This document shows, piece by piece, positions 9,676 to 17,621 of a stretch of 41,721 bases of DNA. The notes beneath the pieces are model-generated. The model was not told the origin of the DNA, searched no databases, and saw only the letters and a program-made list of their open reading frames with translations. The translations under genes and the position numbers were made by a program. The stretch comes from a virus. Its lineage: Duplodnaviria > Caudoviricetes. Every line of letters begins with the position of its first letter. The stretch's first letter is position 1. The stretch spans positions 1 through 41,721 of the IMG/VR virus record IMGVR_UViG_3300029822_000023; one strand, written 5' to 3'.

Positions 9676-9954
9676 ATGACCGAAGATTATCTTAAACTAC
9701 TACAGGATTATGCAGCTGCTCTGCTTACACCTGCCGAAATTGCAATACTGCTTGGAATACCACCTGCAGATCGAAAGAATTTCGTTGTTCGCTGCCGTTC
9801 TCAGCATGGTTCTCCGGAGTATGAAGCTTTTAATCGTGGACGATTACAAACTAAGCTTGAATTGCGTCAAAACATTATAAAGTTAGCTAAAGCAGGGTCA
9901 CCAGCTGCTGAGCCGTTGGCATTGAAATTTATTAAAGAGCAAAATATTGATTAA
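9676..9954 (+). CDS. Small HTH-like protein, possibly packaging-related
   Basis: LTPAEIAILLGI helix-turn-helix-like segment; upstream of terminase. Confidence 0.55.
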   Translation: MTEDYLKLLQDYAAALLTPAEIAILLGIPPADRKNFVVRCRSQHGSPEYEAFNRGRLQTKLELRQNIIKLAKAGSPAAEPLALKFIKEQNID

Positions 9955-9956
9955 CC

Positions 9957-10538
9957 ATGAAGGAAGACGCTTTTAAAAAAATAGAATCTGTTTTATATCT
10001 CCCGGAAACGGAAGCTCTTCAACATCTCACACCAGCTGAAAACGAAAGGCGTAAAAGGTGGGTGCACTGCATTACTCAAAAAATGGAGGATCCTCTTAAG
10101 CCTGATAAAAAGTTAGTTGATGAGCTTGAGGCAGGTTTCGATGGTATATTCACCCCGGTATCAACAACAACAGCGTACCGAGACCTTGCAGCTGTTCAAA
10201 AAATTATAGGTAATATTCAGTTATCAGCCAAAAGCTGGTACCGATACATGATCATAGAGGGAGCTAAAAAAGCTTATGAAATTGCAGAAACTGAAAGGGA
10301 TGCCCGGGGTATGGCTTCAGCTCTCGATAAGATTGGAAAATATACTATGGCCGACAAGCCAGATAATGATTTTGATTGGGAACAAATGATTCCACTCGAT
10401 ATTGAACCTGCAGCTGATCCTGATCTACTCGAAAATATTGAGCCGATCGATAATCTTGAAGAGCGTCGTCGTGAACTTCGTAAGCTGTGGAAGGGAAATT
10501 TGCAGTCAGAGGCAATTGATATCTCACCTGAAGAATAG
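9957..10538 (+). CDS. Putative terminase small subunit
   Basis: 193-aa helical protein directly upstream of the large subunit. Confidence 0.5.
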   Translation: MKEDAFKKIESVLYLPETEALQHLTPAENERRKRWVHCITQKMEDPLKPDKKLVDELEAGFDGIFTPVSTTTAYRDLAAVQKIIGNIQLSAKSWYRYMIIEGAKKAYEIAETERDARGMASALDKIGKYTMADKPDNDFDWEQMIPLDIEPAADPDLLENIEPIDNLEERRRELRKLWKGNLQSEAIDISPEE

Positions 10539-10556
10539 TAACCCGGAACGAATTAT

Positions 10557-12251
10557 ATGGAAGAATTAGGAACATATACAGCTCCGGAACGCACTCAAAA
10601 GTATTTTAACCGAATGCAGCGTGAGGTTATGTTGGTGCAGGCCAATAAAACTTATGTTGTGGCTGCTCGTGGAACAGGAAAATCTGAGGGAATTGATGCC
10701 CCATTTGTATTACGTAATGTTTGGGCAATGCCTGGTTCAACCGGAGCATTAATTTCACCTTCTTACGCCAAAGCCTGGGGAAATACTCTGCCCGCCCTTA
10801 TTAACGGACTAAAAATGTGGGGCTACTATCCGGAAAAACACTACTATATAGGACGTCGTGCCCCGGAACATGCTAATTTCGCAAAACCTAAGCGTGAGCC
10901 ACTTCGTGATGCGTGGAGCAATTCTGTTCACTTCTGGAATGGAACGGTTATGTTGATTCTTTCTTTTTCAAATGCTATGTCAGCCAACTCTATGTCACTG
11001 GACTGGCTGATTGCTCCGGAAGCTAAATTTTTAGACCATGATAAAATCAAGTCTGAGGTTAACCCGGCTAATCGTGGTAACATTGATAAATTTGGCTATT
11101 CACCATTTCACCATTCAGAGCTTTACACCACTGATATGCCAACAAACAAGGCAGGACGTTGGATTCTTAACCAGCGGGAAAGTATGTCTCCAGAGCATAT
11201 TAATTTGATTAAAACGCTCTATCAGATGCGTGAGAAGTATCGTAAAATAGAACCTCACAAACGAACAGAGTGGGAACAAAGACAATACCGGGAATTAACG
11301 GCTGATATCAACGGGGCCAGGGAATTTCAACCAGTACAAAAAGAGGATCCACTCAGTAGACAAAAACGTGAATTCACAGTTTTTTATGGAGAATATGATG
11401 TCTTAGAAAATCTCGAAATATTAGGCGAGGATTTTATTTGGCAAATGAAGCGCGACAATCCGCCGTTAATATGGCGGACTGCCTTCTTGAATGAGCGGCT
11501 TTTTAAGGTCGCTAACGGCTTTTATTCTGCTTTAGATGAAAATATACACTTCTATATTCCAAAGGACGTAAAAGAGGTTTATGGCCTTAATTTTGATGCT
11601 GATGATTGCCTTAATGATGATGACCTGCAGACGCTCGAACCTCTTCACATTGCGTTTGATGCCAACGCTGCAATTTCCTCTGCATGCCTTGGCCAGAAGG
11701 ATGGCGATAAAATGTTAACTCTCAAATCATTTTTTGTAAAAACACCGGATAAGCTCCCGGAGCTGTGCGCAAAGATTGGGCACTACTATCGGAATAAAAT
11801 AAACAGAGAGATCGTTTTTTATTTCGATCACTCGTTTGTATGGGAAGACGCCAAGGATGATGAGTCCTACGCTGATACAATTACTCGTTGTTTGACTGAT
11901 GCCGGCTTTAAAGTTACTCAGGTTTACATGGGACAGATCACCAGGCACGACTGGAGACATAAGGAAATTGACCGTGCACTCAAAGGTGATACTGAATTAC
12001 TATTTCCGCTTTTCAACGAATATAATAATGAATTTTTGAAAATAGCAATGGAGCAGACAGGCGTCAAAACTGGTAAAAATGGTTTCGAAAAAGACAAATC
12101 ACCCGAAAAAACGGCAGACTCTCCAGAAGATCCTGACGAACATAAGACACACATCACCGATGCCTGGGACAATCTCTTTGTCGGTATGAATTATCACTAT
12201 ACAGAGCCATCTCATTCTTCCGTTAACGTCGCTTTTTTAGGGAAACAATAA
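10557..12251 (+). CDS. terL: Terminase large subunit
   Basis: Walker A VAARGTGKS; RNase-H-like acidic motifs IAFDAN, FYFD, HITDAWD. Confidence 0.85.
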   Translation: MEELGTYTAPERTQKYFNRMQREVMLVQANKTYVVAARGTGKSEGIDAPFVLRNVWAMPGSTGALISPSYAKAWGNTLPALINGLKMWGYYPEKHYYIGRRAPEHANFAKPKREPLRDAWSNSVHFWNGTVMLILSFSNAMSANSMSLDWLIAPEAKFLDHDKIKSEVNPANRGNIDKFGYSPFHHSELYTTDMPTNKAGRWILNQRESMSPEHINLIKTLYQMREKYRKIEPHKRTEWEQRQYRELTADINGAREFQPVQKEDPLSRQKREFTVFYGEYDVLENLEILGEDFIWQMKRDNPPLIWRTAFLNERLFKVANGFYSALDENIHFYIPKDVKEVYGLNFDADDCLNDDDLQTLEPLHIAFDANAAISSACLGQKDGDKMLTLKSFFVKTPDKLPELCAKIGHYYRNKINREIVFYFDHSFVWEDAKDDESYADTITRCLTDAGFKVTQVYMGQITRHDWRHKEIDRALKGDTELLFPLFNEYNNEFLKIAMEQTGVKTGKNGFEKDKSPEKTADSPEDPDEHKTHITDAWDNLFVGMNYHYTEPSHSSVNVAFLGKQ

Positions 12252-12310
12252 CGTTAATAACTTGTTTGAAACATAGTATCAACATTCAGTTAATCTCACT
12301 TTTATTTAAC

Positions 12311-12318
12311 TATATTTG
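12311..12318 (+). promoter_or_regulatory. Bacteroidetes -7 promoter element
   Basis: TATATTTG (TAnnTTTG) 25 nt before ATG 12344. Confidence 0.6.
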
Positions 12319-12343
12319 CAAATACACAATTAAAATAGTTAAC

Positions 12344-13213
12344 ATGGAAAAAATAAGTGAAATAGTAGAAAGCACGTTAAGCAAGGAGAATAGTTCTGAT
12401 AGTAATTTGACTTCAGGGATCAAGGATTTAGACAAAGGTCTCGTAAATTGGAGGAATGGTGAGCTCATTTTAATTTCAGGAAGGCCTTCAATGGGGAAAA
12501 CTGCTTTTATGACAACTCTAATTGTAAACTTGGCTGTAAAATCAAAGATTCCTGTAGGTGTATTCTCGATTGTAGATAGTGAAAATCAACTTGTAGTAAA
12601 TTTGTTGTCAAATTACTGTAAGGTTGATAATTTCGGATTGAGAAATAATAGTTTAATTGATGAAGAGTGGGAGCGTTTAGATAAAAAAATTAAGGATGTC
12701 ATAGATTCCGATATTTATATTGAATGCCCTTCCAGGCTACTTATTGATGATTTGACAGAAAAAGCTTCATCCTTGGTTAAAGAAAAAGGAGTTAAAGCAA
12801 TATTTATTGATTACGTTCAGTTGCTAACTGTCACCAATAAATATAGCGAGAACAGATATAATGAAATGAATTATATCTCTCGTGAATTAAAGGCTTTAGC
12901 TAGAGAATACGATATACCGGTATTTGTCGTATCGCAAATGAATCGCAGATCAGAAACAGAAAGAAATAATTTTACAGTTGAAGGTCTAAAGCCACGTCTT
13001 TCAGATCTCAGGGACAGTGGAACTCTCTGTGATGATGCTGATGTAGTATTATTTATATTCAGACCAGAATACTATCGCATTACTGAAGATGAATATGGAA
13101 ACTCTTTACTTGGTACGGCTGAGATCTTAGTGAAAAAGAACAGGAATGGATATCCTTTTAGTGTCAATCTTAACTATAAACCGGAACATCTTCTGTTTAC
13201 TGATATTACTTAA
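12344..13213 (+). CDS. Stand-alone DnaB helicase C-terminal domain
   Basis: GRPSMGKT, IFIDYVQL, SQMNR, LSDLRDSG, DADVV, KNRNG; no N-terminal domain. Confidence 0.9.
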   Translation: MEKISEIVESTLSKENSSDSNLTSGIKDLDKGLVNWRNGELILISGRPSMGKTAFMTTLIVNLAVKSKIPVGVFSIVDSENQLVVNLLSNYCKVDNFGLRNNSLIDEEWERLDKKIKDVIDSDIYIECPSRLLIDDLTEKASSLVKEKGVKAIFIDYVQLLTVTNKYSENRYNEMNYISRELKALAREYDIPVFVVSQMNRRSETERNNFTVEGLKPRLSDLRDSGTLCDDADVVLFIFRPEYYRITEDEYGNSLLGTAEILVKKNRNGYPFSVNLNYKPEHLLFTDIT

Positions 13214-13222
13214 AAATATTGC

Positions 13223-13262
13223 AAAAAAAAAACCGTCGTGATGCATTATTGCACACGACGGT
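13223..13262 (-). terminator. Terminator between convergent genes
   Basis: ACCGTCGTG...CACGACGGT stem with an A10 run on its left. Confidence 0.75.
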
Positions 13263-13279
13263 ATAATCTATCTATGTTG

Positions 13280-13723
13280 TTAAACAAATTCTATTTTAGA
13301 TATCTCTGAAGCAAAATTATGCAGCTCTTTTTCTATTTTATGTACTGTTCTTTTACTTGGCTTTCTTCTACCAGTTACATAGTGACTCAGCTGCCCTTGA
13401 TTTACTCCTGTCAACTGTTCCAGACCTGATAAGGTCAGTATTTTAGAGTAATATGAGAGAAATGATGCCATATCATACTTAAAAGAGAAACTTACGTTTT
13501 TAGGAAATTCCATATTTGATTTCTTATAATATGATTTCATATCTTCAAAGCTCTGCATAAAATCATCCATAGCTTCCTGAACGGTATTACCGTCACCTAT
13601 CAGACCAAACGGAAGGGAATTTTCACCAGAGATAAAAGCACTATAAGTTTTATCCTCGCCCTTCTCTACAGTAACTTCAATTTGGTGTTTTAATTTTCTG
13701 TTTTTATTCATATTGTTATTCAT
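13280..13723 (-). CDS. hicB: HicB-family antitoxin with C-terminal HTH
   Basis: GDGNTVQEAMDDF motif; TGVNQGQLSHYVTGRRKP HTH; downstream of hicA. Confidence 0.85.
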   Translation of the reverse strand: MNNNMNKNRKLKHQIEVTVEKGEDKTYSAFISGENSLPFGLIGDGNTVQEAMDDFMQSFEDMKSYYKKSNMEFPKNVSFSFKYDMASFLSYYSKILTLSGLEQLTGVNQGQLSHYVTGRRKPSKRTVHKIEKELHNFASEISKIEFV

Positions 13724-13804
13724 AACTTTAATTTTAAACTATTTTATTTGTTATATATATAGGTAACAGTATCAAGCGCGATAAGGAGAGATGTGATAGG
13801 GGGG

Positions 13805-13993
13805 TTAAAGACTAACCCCCGAATCACGCTCGATACTGTGGAGAGTACCTTTTTTTACTTCTTGTGATTTATGGTGCCCAAGTGTAAATTGTTTTCCGGT
13901 AATTGGGCTAAACCACACGGGGTGTTTTCCACTATCATCAACACAATAACACCCCTTTTTTTTGAGCTTTCGCTCAACTTCAGAATACTTCAT
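13805..13993 (-). CDS. hicA: HicA-family toxin
   Basis: MKYSEVERKLKKKGC...GKHPVW...HKSQEVKKGTLHSI. Confidence 0.88.
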   Translation of the reverse strand: MKYSEVERKLKKKGCYCVDDSGKHPVWFSPITGKQFTLGHHKSQEVKKGTLHSIERDSGVSL

Positions 13994-14044
13994 ATTTGCA
14001 AATTTTGAAGTCAATATTTCAAAGATCGTTGTCTTTCAACACTA

Positions 14045-14109
14045 CAAAGATACGAAAAATCGTATCATAAACAAGCGAAACAATAAAAAGATATGATAAT
14101 TAATATCAT
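14045..14109 (-). promoter_or_regulatory. hicAB promoter with palindromic operators
   Basis: TATCTTTG on the minus strand (14045-14052) overlapped by GATACGA-N4-TCGTATC; second ATGATA-N5-TATCAT palindrome near 14093-14109. Confidence 0.7.
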
Positions 14110-14280
14110 TTAACCAATAAAGAAGTCCGATGAATGTGTTTTAGCCTCACCCTATAATCTACCTGATTTAGCTGGTGAACTCCGGATTTTTTTGCTTCTT
14201 TATTTGCCGGGACAAAAAAAGAAGCGCCCGAGAGGGTCCCCACCGGGCACCCTTCTCAGGCTTGTATGCGTTATTTTAAC

Positions 14281-14526
14281 TTATTCGCAAATTGAGCAAT
14301 CAAATTGTTTCACTAGTTCATCAACTGCCGGGTTTTCTTTTGCCATTTGTCGGAGTATCTGCCGGGCATCCATTTTTTTTATTCTTATCTCATCCCTGTA
14401 AAACTCTACTTGCACATTATCACCAATATTAAAATTAAATTCTTCTAAATAAATGCCCTGTAACTGAACAGAAGGCACCGCCTTACTTCCTGACCATTTA
14501 CGGCAAACTTTCAACTTCTTAACCAT
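14281..14526 (-). CDS. SymE-like (AbrB-fold) protein
   Basis: VPSVQLQGIYLEEFNFNIGDNVQV resembles the SymE pattern P.I.L.G.WLE..GF..G..V.V. Confidence 0.65.
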   Translation of the reverse strand: MVKKLKVCRKWSGSKAVPSVQLQGIYLEEFNFNIGDNVQVEFYRDEIRIKKMDARQILRQMAKENPAVDELVKQFDCSICE

Positions 14527-14911
14527 TGTTAGCCTCCTTTCCTGCTCTCTTTGTTTCTGCTTCCTGTACTTGTTTTTGCGAAAATACGTAACAGATTGGG
14601 AAAAATGATAATTCGTCAACCTCTCCATTTTCGCCCGTTTCCGCTTTTTCTTTGTTCTCCACTTCTTTAACTCGTGGAGATCCCCACAATAAAAGAGCCT
14701 TTTCTCCTTTTTTTACTCGCTTGCCCTCTTTGTTCCATTGCCTTATGGTTTTCAAATCTTCGTGACCCTCTTCGACGTAAATTAGTTTTAATCCCTCGTT
14801 TACGCTGTGGAGTGCGCCCTCTTTAACAAGTGCCCGAATTGGTTTACTTAATCCTCGGAGGAAGTTCCTTTTTTCCTGTATATTGGTTTGTTTTGTTTCA
14901 ATTGTTTTCAT
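14519..14911 (-). CDS. ArdC N-terminal-like ssDNA-binding protein
   Basis: KTIRQWNKEGKRVKKGEKA and YVFSQKQV motifs. Confidence 0.65.
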   Translation of the reverse strand: MKTIETKQTNIQEKRNFLRGLSKPIRALVKEGALHSVNEGLKLIYVEEGHEDLKTIRQWNKEGKRVKKGEKALLLWGSPRVKEVENKEKAETGENGEVDELSFFPICYVFSQKQVQEAETKRAGKEANNG

Positions 14912-14952
14912 AAATTTGTGATGTTTTAGTTTTACATAAAATTAAAATGTGA

Positions 14953-14990
14953 AAAAAGGCGGGGCAGTCTCATAATATCCCCGCCTTTTT
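14953..14990. terminator. Bidirectional-type hairpin
   Basis: AAAAAGGCGGGG...CCCCGCCTTTTT. Confidence 0.65.
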
Positions 14991-14993
14991 ATG

Positions 14994-15382
14994 TTATGCA
15001 ATATCTTGCAAAAGTTCTTTTTCTATCTTATCAACTGCTTTGTTAATTTCATCGCTTAAAAAAACAGTGAATTTCAAAAGCATTTCAGGGTTAGAGATTG
15101 AAAAATTTCCGCTGTGCCGATAATCTCCTTTAACGGTAAAGCTCAAACTAAAATCTTCAGTTTCAAAAATATTATCAATTGCAAGTTGTTGCAGTAATTT
15201 TTGATACTCTTGCTTTTCGAAATAAAAACATCCCGATTATCAGCCAGGCGTTTTTTACGCTGAATTTCTTTTAACTGAATTTCTAAAATTTCCGTGATGG
15301 ATTGCGTTTTTCCGTTTCTCTTCGATTCTTCGGTTTTTGATACGGCTACAGTTTTAGCCTTTTCGTTTTTCTTTGTTTCCAT
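14994..15382 (-). pseudogene. Frameshifted hypothetical gene
   Basis: The 79-aa ORF continues in the -1 frame (...IDNIFETEDF...EKELLQDIA*) to a stop next to the hairpin. Confidence 0.6.
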
Positions 15383-15438
15383 AAAATAAAATTTAAAATG
15401 TGAATAATAATAGGGGTCTCACTCCCTTTTTGTATATA

Positions 15439-15469
15439 CAAATATACAAAATTATAACAACCTGTACAA
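15439..15469 (-). promoter_or_regulatory. Bacteroidetes promoter for the leftward operon
   Basis: TTG-N20-TATATTTG on the minus strand. Confidence 0.55.
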
Positions 15470-15728
15470 CAGGTATTTAATGAGGTTTAATGCGGTTTTG
15501 TGTATTACTTGCCTATGCAATTCTTTAGAGCTGCATAGTTACGCATATTTACACGTTTAACACTAAAACCAAAAAAACAAGCAATTCATAAAAAAAGGGG
15601 TGTACAACCTATTAAAAAGCCCCTTAATGTTTTGAATATCAAACAGATGTTAAGCATTTATAAATAAAACTCAATGTGTTTTTATTTACGAAAACGTAAA
15701 AGTCTGGAAGTCAGCTTAAAAGGGTTGT

Positions 15729-15750
15729 TAAGGGAAAATATTTTCCCTTA
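15729..15750. repeat. Perfect 22-bp palindrome
   Basis: TAAGGGAAAATATTTTCCCTTA. Confidence 0.85.
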
Positions 15751-16049
15751 TCTCTGTAGAAAGACCACGCACCGCCCTGCGAAAAGATTGCATAAGCAAC
15801 ACAATTTTTTTGCGTAATATGCCAAGTGTTAAAAATGTGCCCCCTGAAAAATCATCACACGTGTGTGATTCCGATAAATAAGCTGTTTGCCGTCACGTGC
15901 AATCAGCTGAAATAAATGGAAAATGCATTCTCACGAAGTGTGTATGCTTTTTTTTATTATGTTTGTGTTTATTGTGTATTTCGGTCTATGTGTGCCACCT
16001 TTTTCGGTTCAAACCGTTTTATCCATTTATTAATTATAAAATAGCATTC

Positions 16050-16628
16050 ATGAAAAAAAAGTTGTTAATCGTAGTTTTATTGGTGTTAATCAGCAAAAGT
16101 ATTTCTTCTCAAACCGAGTCTTTAGAAGTTAGTGGGCCAATACACGCAGGTTTAGATGTTGGTTTTTCTCCTGATGGATATGTGCCTATAGGGATTCATT
16201 TTAGTTCCTATAATACAAAATTTCAATTTGGTTTGACTTTTGCATTATCAACCAAAACGGGAGTAAAAGGAGAGGATTATACAGGGACTATCAATTGGAG
16301 TGAATATCCAGAAGATTTTGTTTCTGAAGGTAGCTATTACACTCCATTTTCAATAGATATCGGATATAAATTATATAAAGGCATAATTCTTGGGGGCGGT
16401 ATAGGTTTAAGTAGAGAAACAGTTTATAAGAATATGTTTGATGATTTACACATATTAGGCTATAATGGATCATATCACATTAGAGCTAAAGGAGAAAACA
16501 TACCAGAGTATAAAGGGTTTATTACTTACTATATTCCGAGAGAGTATGATAAGCTGGGCTCTCTTTTCATAAAACTTTACTATTCTAAAATTATGGGGCC
16601 GGGAGCCACAATAGGTTTCACAATATAA
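16050..16628 (+). CDS. Secreted, probable outer-membrane beta-barrel protein (moron)
   Basis: Signal peptide MKKKLLIVVLLVLISKSISSQ; amphipathic G/aromatic strands; ends GATIGFTI. Confidence 0.65.
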   Translation: MKKKLLIVVLLVLISKSISSQTESLEVSGPIHAGLDVGFSPDGYVPIGIHFSSYNTKFQFGLTFALSTKTGVKGEDYTGTINWSEYPEDFVSEGSYYTPFSIDIGYKLYKGIILGGGIGLSRETVYKNMFDDLHILGYNGSYHIRAKGENIPEYKGFITYYIPREYDKLGSLFIKLYYSKIMGPGATIGFTI

Positions 16629-16724
16629 ATCCATTCTCATCAAATATGAATATTTAATTTAAATAATACTAGAACAGATCTGAGGATTTTATGTTTTAGA
16701 ACATACTGAAAATACAAATACAAT

Positions 16725-16755
16725 TTTGTGATTTAAAGAATAATATCCATCTTTG
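16725..16755 (+). promoter_or_regulatory. Bacteroidetes-type promoter
   Basis: TTTG-N19-CATCTTTG, one mismatch to TAnnTTTG. Confidence 0.55.
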
Positions 16756-16758
16756 TAG

Positions 16759-16911
16759 TGCATTTCATTACAGAGGCGGGTAAGCTCGCCAAATTAGCGG
16801 GCATTTTTTATGCCTTAAAAATAAAATATTTGGGTTCTGCCCCCGTGTCGAGTCTTAATGGACCGACTGCCTCTGTAGGTGAAATGCAACGGGAAAGCGG
16901 AACCCTTTTTT
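16759..16911 (+). ncRNA. Structured RNA leader, reminiscent of phage C4-type RNAs
   Basis: Long closing stem 16759-16777/16869-16888 with inner hairpins; alternative stem followed by T6. Confidence 0.55.
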
Positions 16912-16949
16912 ATATCCGTACAATATTATTCATTTAAAAGCATTTCAAA

Positions 16950-17135
16950 ATGAAAAAAGATCAATCCGTTCAGTCAATGAACAATGCACTGGGTGCTTTA
17001 CCTACAGGTGCGAGAATTCAGTCAGCAAAAGGTTATTACAATCGTTCAGGTAGAAGTCGTATGGATATGTCCTACTCAGTAGGATCAGCATACTTCAAGA
17101 CAACCATTACAACACCGGGAGGGCAAAGAGCATGA
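16950..17135 (+). CDS. Small hypothetical protein
   Basis: 61-aa ORF after the structured leader. Confidence 0.55.
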   Translation: MKKDQSVQSMNNALGALPTGARIQSAKGYYNRSGRSRMDMSYSVGSAYFKTTITTPGGQRA

Positions 17136-17257
17136 CCAAACAAGAGGCTATTGCTCTGCTGGACACATTGAATTCCAACACTGCAAATAAGCATGAACGA
17201 AAAATTGCTTATGAACGATTACGAGAATTGATAATGCTACTTCTTCCGGAAACATAA
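17132..17257 (+). CDS. 41-aa peptide (MTKQEAIALLDTLNS...LLLPET), absent from the ORF track
   Basis: ATGA coupling to the upstream ORF; followed by a terminator. Confidence 0.55.
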   Translation: MTKQEAIALLDTLNSNTANKHERKIAYERLRELIMLLLPET

Positions 17258-17281
17258 TGTTTCCTTAAGCACTGTTAAAAT

Positions 17282-17311
17282 AGGCAGCTCATTTATGGGC
17301 TGCTTTTTTTT
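17282..17311 (+). terminator. Intrinsic terminator
   Basis: AGGCAGCTC...GGGCTGCTT followed by a T-run. Confidence 0.75.
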
Positions 17312-17346
17312 GTCCTTTGTTTTAGACTGAATAAGCGGTTGTTTTG
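17312..17346 (+). promoter_or_regulatory. Candidate late promoter motif, copy 2
   Basis: GTCCTTT at 17312; TTTG ending 17346. Confidence 0.6.
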
Positions 17347-17366
17347 CCTTGTGTAAAACAATCGCG

Positions 17367-17621
17367 ATGAATATCAAATTAATAAAACAAGCAAGGATTT
17401 GGGATATAATGGAGCGCACAGACTCTCAAGGCAAACGTCTACCATTCCAAATAAAGTTTGTAAAACAAAACGGAGAAATAAAGGAGTATGAAAAATGTGT
17501 TCTCACATCATTTCATTCTGCCGGTACAACTTTAAATGTTTTACCAGAAAATGAATACTTCCCCCGCAAAATCCGTCGTGTTACCATAATCGAATTCAAC
17601 CATATAAGAGTATATCTATGA
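17367..17621 (+). CDS. Hypothetical protein
   Basis: ATG 17367; ATGA-coupled to the portal gene. Confidence 0.7.
   Translation: MNIKLIKQARIWDIMERTDSQGKRLPFQIKFVKQNGEIKEYEKCVLTSFHSAGTTLNVLPENEYFPRKIRRVTIIEFNHIRVYL

Noticed and set aside
15897-16049. Cys-rich N-terminal extension of the outer-membrane protein
   Set aside because: The signal peptide starts at ATG 16050; the extension is translated T/G-rich intergenic DNA.
16670-16703. Two TAGAACA half-sites resembling the CI operator
   Set aside because: Second halves do not match; 7-mers in AT-rich DNA are weak evidence.
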